64,000 bases of DNA, from NCBI GenBank assembly GCA_902634185.1, contig CACPJC010000003.1, positions 32,369 to 96,368 of the forward strand, in the 5' to 3' direction. Of the stretch, positions 31,269 to 39,003 are shown piece after piece. Every line of letters begins with the position of its first letter. Positions within the stretch are counted from its first letter, which is position 1. The DNA comes from an uncultured Candidatus Actinomarina sp. GTDB lineage: Bacteria > Actinomycetota > Acidimicrobiia > Actinomarinales > Actinomarinaceae. Made by a program: the position numbers and the translations under genes. A model generated the notes under the pieces. It did not search any database and was not told the DNA's origin. It worked only from the letters and a program-made list of their open reading frames with translations.

Positions 31269-32351
31269 TTATTCCTCTAGAGTTGCGAGTCTTGTTGTTT
31301 CATTATCTGCTATTAGAGCGTCAATAAAATCACCTAAATCACCATCTAAGACCTGATCTAGTTTCTTGAGGGTTAAGTTGATTCTGTGATCAGACACCCT
31401 GTTGTCTTTATAATTGTAAGTTCTAATTTTGTCAGATCGCTCACCAGAACCTACTTGTTCCTTTCTATTCTTTGCTCGTTCAGCTTCAGCTTCGTCTTGA
31501 CGTGCTTTTAATAATCTTGCTCTTAAAATTCTCATAGCTTTTTCTTTATTTTGTAACTGTGACTTTTCATCTTGGCAGGAGACAACAAGCCCAGTAGGTA
31601 CATGAGTAATTCTTACAGCTGAGTCTGTCGTGTTCACACTTTGGCCACCTGGTCCACTTGATCTGTAGACATCGACTTTTAAATCATTTTGATCAATATC
31701 TATATCTACTTCCTCTGCTTCAGGTAAGACAGCTACCGTTGCAATAGAAGTATGGACTCTTCCTTGTGACTCTGTTTTGGGAATTCTCTGTACTCTGTGT
31801 GCACCAGCTTCAAATTTAAGTTTCGAATAAACACCTTTAGATTTTATAGCAAAGATAACCTTGCTATATCCACCCATATCAGAATCAGTCATCTCTATCT
31901 TTTCAACATTCCATGAATTACGTTCTGCAAAACGGGAATACATTTTAAATAAATCCCCAACCCAAATAGATGCTTCCTCACCACCTGCTCCTGGACGAAT
32001 CTCTACAAGAACATCTTTCTCATCAGATGGATCTTTTGGTAGTAGGCCAACTTTTATTTTTGTAACAATGTTTTCAATTTCAGCAGTTGAGTTTTTAATG
32101 ATGTCCTCATATTCACTCTTCATCTCTTCGTCGGTTTCCTCATTAAGCAACTCTTCAGCATCTGATATATCTGAAGTTAGTGTTTCCCATTGTCTGAAAA
32201 GCTCAACAATTGAAGACATATCACTGTGTTTTTTTGCCATTTCTGCATATTTATTTGGATCACTTGAAATATCAACTTTTGATAAATCATCTTCTAATTG
32301 TTTTTGTGACTCAACTATTGCAGTAAGTTTTTTAATTAATGTTTCATCCAT
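31269..32351 (-). CDS. prfA: Peptide chain release factor 1
   Basis: GGQSVNTTDSAVRITH (GGQ motif) and RF1-type length. Confidence 0.95.
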   Translation of the reverse strand: MDETLIKKLTAIVESQKQLEDDLSKVDISSDPNKYAEMAKKHSDMSSIVELFRQWETLTSDISDAEELLNEETDEEMKSEYEDIIKNSTAEIENIVTKIKVGLLPKDPSDEKDVLVEIRPGAGGEEASIWVGDLFKMYSRFAERNSWNVEKIEMTDSDMGGYSKVIFAIKSKGVYSKLKFEAGAHRVQRIPKTESQGRVHTSIATVAVLPEAEEVDIDIDQNDLKVDVYRSSGPGGQSVNTTDSAVRITHVPTGLVVSCQDEKSQLQNKEKAMRILRARLLKARQDEAEAERAKNRKEQVGSGERSDKIRTYNYKDNRVSDHRINLTLKKLDQVLDGDLGDFIDALIADNETTRLATLEE

Positions 32352-33255
32352 GAGTTACCTCTTTTGTATTTTCAAGAAAAGTATCAAGTTCATCAGTATT
32401 TTCACTATGTTTTATGCAATTTGCCATAGCAACTCTTGCGACCTCAATCTGGTCATCAGATGGAGGTTTTGTTGTCATTTTCTGCATCCATATTCCAGGA
32501 GTGCTAAAAAATCTTGAAAAAAGTGAGCCTGAGTATTGAAAATTTAATTTAAGTATCTCATATGAAAGCATGGCAACGACAAACACATGAACAATACGTG
32601 TTACAAGTGTCATGAAAATACTCAATGTTGGAATAAATGGAAGAGTTAACAAACTAACAAAAACTATCAAAAATATGAATGCGGTTCCACATCGAATGTG
32701 TTCTTTAGGGAAAGTCTTTATATGATCAAGATTAAGATCTCTGTTATTTTCAAAAGCTGCAATGGTCATGTGCTCTGCGCCGTGAAATTCGAATAGCTCT
32801 TGTGCATCTTTTGTTTTTCCAATAAGGAAAATGTATAGAACAACGATTACTCCACGTAAAAGTCCCTCATATAACCCTTTCGATGTCTGATCTGTTTCAA
32901 TCAAATCGATCAGTAATCTTGGTCCTGCAATAAGGAGCGAGAGAAACACAACAATAAAAACATAGTTAAATATTTTATTAATAAGTGTTGGTTCTGGCTC
33001 ATCCTCATAATATATTTCATCAGACATTGTTAAACCTTGATATCCAACATATAAAGAATCAATGAGTGCTCCAATACCACGCATTAATGGAAGTTTAAAA
33101 ATACCAGGCCTTCTAACCAAAGGCGTTCTCTCTTTAAAGAACTTTACAATTTCATTATTTTGATTTCTTACAGCAACTGACCAACCCTTTGGGCTTTGAA
33201 TTAGGACACCACTAATTACAGCTTGTCCACCATAAGAAATATCATTTTCAGACAT
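32344..33255 (-). CDS. Polytopic membrane protein, DUF1385/YqhQ-like (tentative)
   Basis: 303 aa, multiple TM segments, N-terminal SYGGQAVISGVL motif. It is inserted between rpmE and prfA. Confidence 0.4.
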   Translation of the reverse strand: MSENDISYGGQAVISGVLIQSPKGWSVAVRNQNNEIVKFFKERTPLVRRPGIFKLPLMRGIGALIDSLYVGYQGLTMSDEIYYEDEPEPTLINKIFNYVFIVVFLSLLIAGPRLLIDLIETDQTSKGLYEGLLRGVIVVLYIFLIGKTKDAQELFEFHGAEHMTIAAFENNRDLNLDHIKTFPKEHIRCGTAFIFLIVFVSLLTLPFIPTLSIFMTLVTRIVHVFVVAMLSYEILKLNFQYSGSLFSRFFSTPGIWMQKMTTKPPSDDQIEVARVAMANCIKHSENTDELDTFLENTKEVTHG

Positions 33256-33276
33256 GAGAAAAAGGGATTAAAGAAG

Positions 33277-33570
33277 TTATTCTTCTTCTTGAGAAGAAAC
33301 TTCTTGCTTAGGTGCTTGTCTTGTACTTGTTGATCCGTATCGTTGTTTGAATCTTTCAACTCGACCTGTAGAGTCAACTAGTTTTTGTTTTCCAGTAAAA
33401 AAAGGATGGCTTGCACTAGAGATTTCTAGTTTTACAAGCGGATATTCTTTTCCATCTTCCCAAGTAATTGTTTCAGATGTTTTAATGGTTGATCTTGTTA
33501 GAAATGCAAAATCAGCATCTTCATCTCTGAAAACGACTTCTTTATATTCGGGATGTATATCTTTTTTCAC
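33277..33570 (-). CDS. rpmE: 50S ribosomal protein L31 (type B, no Cys4 ribbon) with an acidic C-terminal tail
   Basis: MKKDIHPEY... L31 N-terminus, no CxxC pairs, extra [13 protein letters not shown] tail. Confidence 0.85.
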   Translation of the reverse strand: MKKDIHPEYKEVVFRDEDADFAFLTRSTIKTSETITWEDGKEYPLVKLEISSASHPFFTGKQKLVDSTGRVERFKQRYGSTSTRQAPKQEVSSQEEE

Positions 33571-33585
33571 AGTGTCTACTTTACT

Positions 33586-34935
33586 TTATTTATTGGTTTT
33601 TGCGACATCCTTTAAGAATGCGTCATTGCTTTTGAGAGTTTTAAGCCTATCAATTAATAATTCTGTTGCTGCACCACCTTCAAGGCCAACAAGAACTCTT
33701 CTTAGAGTCCATAATGACTCCAGTTCTTTTGGAGAAACTAGTCGTTGTTCTTCACGAGTTCCAGATGGAGTAACATCTATCGCCGGGAATACTCTTTTAT
33801 CTGCAAGCTGTCTATCTAATCTAAGCTCCATGTTTCCAGTTCCTTTAAACTCTTCAAAGATAACTTCATCCATTTTTGAGCCCGTCTCAACAAGTGCAGT
33901 ACCAAGAATTGTTAAACTTCCTCCACCTTCTATGTTTCTAGCTGCACCAAAGAATTGTTTTGGAGGTGTTAAAGCAGTTGAATCAACACCACCTGATAAA
34001 ATTCTTCCACTAGCTGGAGTAGCTAAGTTGTGAGCTCTCGCAAGTCTTGTAATTGAATCCAATAAAATTACTACGTCCTTACCTTCTTCAACAAGTCTTT
34101 TTGCTCTTTCGATAGCTAATTTAGAAACTTGAGTGTGCTCATCTGGTGGTCTATCAAAGGTTGAAAATACAACTTCTCCGTCAACCGAACGTTGCATATC
34201 GGTAACCTCTTCTGGTCTTTCATCAACTAAGACAACCATTAAATAAACTTCTGGATTGTTAGCAGTAATAGAGTTTGCAATTTCTTTAAGAATTGTAGTT
34301 TTACCTGCTTTCGGTGGGGAAACAATCAATCCTCTCTGACCTTTTCCAATAGGTGCAATAAGGTCTACGATTCTTCCAACAAGTCGCTCTGGTTCACCAT
34401 CAATCTCAAGTTTTAGTCTCTCATCAGGAAAAAGAGGTGTCAGTTTATCAAAGTCTACTCTACGAGCCAAAAGTTCTGGATCAGCTCCATTTACAGTCTT
34501 AGGTTCAACTAATGCAGGATACTTTTCTTTTGCACGTGGTGCACGAATTGGTCCTGTTACGAGATCTCCTTTTCTCATTCTAAATTTTTTGATTGCTCCC
34601 GCTGGTACATATACATCCATCTCACTTGGTTTATAACCACTACATCTTAAAAATCCATAACCCTCTGGCAAGATATCAAGAATACCCTCTCTTGTTTCAC
34701 CCTCTTTAATTTGGCTATCACCAGAATTTACAACAGATGGCATATCTTTGTCTGAAGCTACAACTGCTACTTCTTCTTCTGCACCATCTGCAATATCACC
34801 AATTGCGTCACCTTGTTCTAATAAAAGATCTATTAACTTTGCCTTTTGAAGGCCTTTGTGTTCAAGACCTAAACCATCAGCTATTTCACGAAGATCTGCT
34901 ACTGGTTTTGATTGTAATTGTGACCTTGCGGACAT
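33586..34935 (-). CDS. rho: Transcription termination factor Rho
   Basis: Rho_N domain at the N-terminus, CSD-like RNA-binding domain, Walker A PPKAGKTT. 449 aa. Confidence 0.95.
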   Translation of the reverse strand: MSARSQLQSKPVADLREIADGLGLEHKGLQKAKLIDLLLEQGDAIGDIADGAEEEVAVVASDKDMPSVVNSGDSQIKEGETREGILDILPEGYGFLRCSGYKPSEMDVYVPAGAIKKFRMRKGDLVTGPIRAPRAKEKYPALVEPKTVNGADPELLARRVDFDKLTPLFPDERLKLEIDGEPERLVGRIVDLIAPIGKGQRGLIVSPPKAGKTTILKEIANSITANNPEVYLMVVLVDERPEEVTDMQRSVDGEVVFSTFDRPPDEHTQVSKLAIERAKRLVEEGKDVVILLDSITRLARAHNLATPASGRILSGGVDSTALTPPKQFFGAARNIEGGGSLTILGTALVETGSKMDEVIFEEFKGTGNMELRLDRQLADKRVFPAIDVTPSGTREEQRLVSPKELESLWTLRRVLVGLEGGAATELLIDRLKTLKSNDAFLKDVAKTNK

Positions 34936-35050
34936 ATTTCTCCTAATTTCAAAACATTCATGGTTTGGAATGGTTTGTGAATTGTGTTTGTCTGAAAGAC
35001 ATTCTTATTATATACACAGCAATTTTAAATTAACAACATTTAAATTTTTT

Positions 35051-35845
35051 TTAAGCTGAACAAATATTGATGTAATCGGTTAAATACTCTTGTTCACTTG
35101 AATCTAATTCACCTGCTGTTCTGTAGTGATTGTATGCACCACCGTAATAACGCACAAGTGCATCAACTAAATATTCTTCCCCTCCAAAAAAGTCTCGTGC
35201 ATCTTGACGATATAACGTTGTTGAATTTTTTGGACAGTTCCTAGTTAAATATGTAAATGCATGAAGTGATTCATGAAGTAAAACATCATAAGAAACTGCA
35301 GCTGAAAAAGCTCTATCCGATATCCAAATAGAAAGTTTCCATTCTGCATTTTTGGTTCCATCTGAGCTTGTTCCGCTTGGATCCCATACTCCATAAGGAC
35401 ACCTCCCAACAAGTGAAGCCCCATATTGATGACAACCATTAATAACACTTATATTGTTTGTTTCGATTATTTGTAACAGTAATGGAGGTAATTGTTTGAC
35501 TAGTTCACCCAAAGTAGTTTGATTTGTGCCTTCGAATCCTGCGTATTCTGCAAATGGACCTGTGTAAACCGTTGTGGTTGTGGTTGAAGTGGTTGTTGTT
35601 GAAGTTGTAGATGTTGTGGTTGAAGTGGTTGTTGTTGAAGGTGGAACAGTTGTTGTTGAAGGTGGAACAGTGGTTGTAGTTGAAGATGTAGTAGTCGTTG
35701 GCTCAAGAGTTGTTGTAGTAGTATCAATGACTTGAATTTCTTCTTGTTCAAGTACAATTGTCTCTTCTTCTTGATTAAAGTTTATTACAACTAAAGAAAC
35801 AATTAATAACAGAAAAATAAATGAGTTTATATATCTGTTGTTCAT
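35051..35845 (-). CDS. Secreted protein: signal/anchor, a Thr/Pro-rich linker of about 60 aa, and a C-terminal domain with an HExxH motif (putative zinc metallopeptidase)
   Basis: N-terminal hydrophobic helix, TTTTSSTTTTVPPSTTTVPPSTTTTSTTTSTT linker, then LLHESLHAF in a Cys-containing domain. Confidence 0.6.
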   Translation of the reverse strand: MNNRYINSFIFLLLIVSLVVINFNQEEETIVLEQEEIQVIDTTTTTLEPTTTTSSTTTTVPPSTTTVPPSTTTTSTTTSTTSTTTTSTTTTTVYTGPFAEYAGFEGTNQTTLGELVKQLPPLLLQIIETNNISVINGCHQYGASLVGRCPYGVWDPSGTSSDGTKNAEWKLSIWISDRAFSAAVSYDVLLHESLHAFTYLTRNCPKNSTTLYRQDARDFFGGEEYLVDALVRYYGGAYNHYRTAGELDSSEQEYLTDYINICSA

Positions 35846-37287
35846 CTTCTGGCCTTTACTTTTATAAATAAACCTAGAATCAAAATTGTTAAAATGTATC
35901 CAATTAGGCCAATTGCAAAGGTTAAAGAAAATGAACCCATACTTAATAAATCTTGTTGCATGTTGGCAAATTCACTATCTGGAGGAACAATAAGAATTCT
36001 TATAAACAACCACAAACCCAATATAAAACTTAAAAGTGGAAAGATTTTAAAAACACCTTGAGAGTCGGTAAGAGATTCAAATAACTCATTTCCACCACCC
36101 GGCAGTGACTTAAACAAAACTCCTTCTAAACACATCAAATAGCTAAGGGCTGCAGCTGCCGTCAGTACCGTTGAGTCTTTAATAAGAGGTATAGATGTTA
36201 GATAGAAGAAACCAAACCCTGCAAGACTCAAAGCAATTGTTGAGTAAAATTTTGGTGAAAGTTTTGCTATATTTCTTCTTCCAGTGATGTACGCAGATGC
36301 AAAAAATCCAAATATAAATCCAATTGGCATTTCAAAATAGATGAAAGCAAGAGTAGAAATCCCCGCAAAAAATATTGCTTGAGGAGCCCATTTAATTCTT
36401 ACTTTTTGCTTAAAAACTTTACTCTCAATTAATCCCTCTGTCCCCTCGTAAAACAAAGTAACAGCAATTAACCCAACGAGTGCAGCAATAAATATTGCTA
36501 AATTTTCAAGATCTAAAGTTAGATCAGCTCCTTCCTCAACAAAGCCTATTAAAAATGCAGTTGAAAAAAGAACGAAAAGAACTTTAACTAAAGTAATAAG
36601 CTTCTTTGAGCCACGAATGTTTCTATCTTTGGCAAACCATCGAATATTATTCGTTGAAATAATTTTGTTAAACCATTCTTGTAAGAGCAACACTACATAA
36701 AACAAAAAGATGATTCCCGTTGAAACAATTACAGCGATGCTGTTTTTTTCTTGATCTGTCAGATCAACATCCTCAAATAAGGGAATAGACGTAATCAACT
36801 CATTTGTTATTTCAATATTTAAAAAATCAGTTTCCTCGATGACGGGTGGTGGAAGAGTTGTTGTAGTTGTTGAAGTGGTAGTTGTTGTTGAAGTTGTTGT
36901 TGGTGGTGGAATTATTTTTAATAATTTTTGATTTATGTATTCCATCTCAACTATTTTTTTACATTCCTCTGCAGGACAATCAGGCCCAGTAACATTCTCA
37001 AATTCAGTAATAAAAACGCGTATTGTGACCCTTACATAATCTGGATAGCAACATAGCTCAAGTTCGCCATCTGGGCTTTCAAGTTGAATTGTTTCAATAT
37101 TGTTGTCGTGTGAAATTTGGAGGACGATGTCATCATAGTCCTCAAAATTTATAGACCATTCAACTAATATCTTTTCATTTTCTAATCGTTTTATATCAAG
37201 CTTTATATTTTCGGTATCTAAAGTTGGAGTAAAAAATGAACCATTGAAAAAGAGGAGGAATAATAAAAATATTAGACTTTTTTTCAT
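35842..37287 (-). CDS. Polytopic membrane protein with an N-terminal extracytoplasmic domain and a Thr-rich linker (unknown function)
   Basis: Signal peptide, about 110-aa domain with a Cys pair, PPPTTTSTTTTTSTTTTTLPPP linker, then about 8 predicted TM helices. 4-bp overlap with the downstream gene. Confidence 0.6.
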   Translation of the reverse strand: MKKSLIFLLFLLFFNGSFFTPTLDTENIKLDIKRLENEKILVEWSINFEDYDDIVLQISHDNNIETIQLESPDGELELCCYPDYVRVTIRVFITEFENVTGPDCPAEECKKIVEMEYINQKLLKIIPPPTTTSTTTTTSTTTTTLPPPVIEETDFLNIEITNELITSIPLFEDVDLTDQEKNSIAVIVSTGIIFLFYVVLLLQEWFNKIISTNNIRWFAKDRNIRGSKKLITLVKVLFVLFSTAFLIGFVEEGADLTLDLENLAIFIAALVGLIAVTLFYEGTEGLIESKVFKQKVRIKWAPQAIFFAGISTLAFIYFEMPIGFIFGFFASAYITGRRNIAKLSPKFYSTIALSLAGFGFFYLTSIPLIKDSTVLTAAAALSYLMCLEGVLFKSLPGGGNELFESLTDSQGVFKIFPLLSFILGLWLFIRILIVPPDSEFANMQQDLLSMGSFSLTFAIGLIGYILTILILGLFIKVKARR

Positions 37288-37290
37288 TGA

Positions 37291-37920
37291 CTACTTTTGG
37301 ATTTTAGTTGCCTTTTCAAAAATTTCATTTACATTTTCTACATACCATTCATCTGTATATTTAGACCAGACGGGATAACTTGGATCATAACGTAGCCATA
37401 GAAATGTGGATCCATTGAATAATTGAAAAATATCATCAGCAAGTTCATCAGCAGAATCAGCATCATAATTTTTGCAGAGAGATTTGAGAACATCATAGGG
37501 TTCGCGCTGTATCCATTTTCCCGATGCTTGAATATCTCTAACTTCAAACCAAGCAAATCTAATTGCATTACCAAGTTCAACAACTTTATTTGCGATTGTG
37601 TCCAAAAACATGGTTATAGCGGCACCAGGCTCTGGGGAGGTTTGTAAAAATGCATTCAACTCATCAGCAACATCTTTAAATCCTAATTGAAATAGTGATC
37701 CATAAACATCTAATTTATTCTCAGGAAAATGATTGTAAGCAGTTGCAACAGACACTCCAGCATGCTTTGCAATTTGTGAGACAGTGACTTTTTCATGAGA
37801 AACGAGTGGATTATTAAATAGCTCGACTGCACTATTTATAAGTTTTTTATGCGCCTCATCATATGTTTTTTGTGCACGTAATGATCTTCCATCCTGTTTT
37901 TTTAATGGTTCAATGCTCAT
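37291..37920 (-). CDS. TetR-family transcriptional regulator
   Basis: HTH VSQIAKHAGVSVATAYNHFPEN. 209 aa. Its ATG directly abuts the TAA of the giant ORF (TAAATG). Confidence 0.85.
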   Translation of the reverse strand: MSIEPLKKQDGRSLRAQKTYDEAHKKLINSAVELFNNPLVSHEKVTVSQIAKHAGVSVATAYNHFPENKLDVYGSLFQLGFKDVADELNAFLQTSPEPGAAITMFLDTIANKVVELGNAIRFAWFEVRDIQASGKWIQREPYDVLKSLCKNYDADSADELADDIFQLFNGSTFLWLRYDPSYPVWSKYTDEWYVENVNEIFEKATKIQK

Positions 37921-39003
37921 TTAATTACCACTTTCTATCCTAGTAAGAATCCCTGAAACAACGAGTCTTTGCCTAGCAGAGTACCTAGGGTGACAAGTTG
38001 TCAATGTCAGCCTGTCATCACCTCGATTAAAAAGAACATAATCTCCTGTGTTAGCATCAACCACTTCTATATCATCCACAATGTAATGGTATTTATTTGA
38101 CCCATATGTTAAATAAATCTCATCTCCAATTTCGACCAAATCTAATCTACTGAAAGGGGCACCATATGTTGTCCTATGGCCTGCAATTCCAACATTTCCA
38201 CCTGAACCCGGTAGTTTTGTCCCAAGATAGTGTCCTGGACCAAATTGCAAATTAAGTTCATCAGTACCTGAAACAACATATTGATTTACGTTTATACCTG
38301 GAATTTCAAGAAGACCGAATATTTCAGGTTGAAATTCATCAATCTTTGCACTTTGGTCAATGATGGTAAAATCTTGCAAAGTTTCAAAAACAGGAATGTC
38401 ACTTTGGAATAAGCGAAGAGGATTTGAAAAAATTGTAGGAGGATCTACGTCCTTTATTTCCTCACCTAGATAGATTTGTTCAAGATAAGCTTGAGCATTG
38501 TCTTGTTGAACATTTGATAAAAACATTTGTTGTGTTGCATAAATACCAAAACCCATACCTGTAATTATCGATAAAACAGCAAATCCAAGAGCAGGTCGTT
38601 TTAATTTTTTTCTATCAAAAAATTTTCTGTTAATTTTTTTTGTGTCTTTTTTTCGAGAAAATACCTTTTTCTCCGCGATTTTTGCATCGAGCTCATTACC
38701 AGAATATATAATTTGAAAGTTATTTGAAATTAGACCCAAACGCTCTTCAAGAATTTCTTTTGTAAGTTCTGTATTTTCTTCCTCGCAAATAGATTTTATG
38801 TTTTCAATTGCGACTAGAGTATATTGAAGCTCACTATCAAGTGCTTGTATCTCTGATTGATAAGTTGTAAAACTCTTTGCATATGGAGCAAATTTATTTA
38901 TATCAATACTAATTTCTACTTTTTCTTGTATTAGTTTCTCAATTTTTGTTTTTAATTTGAAGGCATGCTTATAAATATCCTCTAGCGAAATTTCACTTTC
39001 CAT
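37921..39003 (-). CDS. Class E sortase module (possible independent gene starting at the ATG at 39003..39001)
   Basis: About 130-aa cytoplasmic charged region, a TM helix (ALGFAVLSIITGMGFGIYA), then a catalytic domain with GHRTTYGAPF (His), LTLTTCHP (TLxTC Cys) and a downstream Arg. These are sortase hallmarks. A long N-terminal extension before the TM is typical of class E enzymes. Confidence 0.7.
   Translation of the reverse strand: MESEISLEDIYKHAFKLKTKIEKLIQEKVEISIDINKFAPYAKSFTTYQSEIQALDSELQYTLVAIENIKSICEEENTELTKEILEERLGLISNNFQIIYSGNELDAKIAEKKVFSRKKDTKKINRKFFDRKKLKRPALGFAVLSIITGMGFGIYATQQMFLSNVQQDNAQAYLEQIYLGEEIKDVDPPTIFSNPLRLFQSDIPVFETLQDFTIIDQSAKIDEFQPEIFGLLEIPGINVNQYVVSGTDELNLQFGPGHYLGTKLPGSGGNVGIAGHRTTYGAPFSRLDLVEIGDEIYLTYGSNKYHYIVDDIEVVDANTGDYVLFNRGDDRLTLTTCHPRYSARQRLVVSGILTRIESGN

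Noticed and set aside
31861-32517. 218-aa plus-strand ORF antisense to prfA and the membrane-protein gene
   Set aside because: It is Ser/Ile-rich and low-complexity, has no homology signal, and is opposite two well-supported genes.
33347-34033. 228-aa plus-strand ORF antisense to rpmE and rho
   Set aside because: It lies opposite universally conserved genes and has a low-complexity Ser-rich translation. It is spurious.
34936-35050. Looked for an intrinsic terminator or riboswitch between the secreted-protein gene and rho
   Set aside because: There is no stable stem-loop or conserved motif, only AT-rich spacer.
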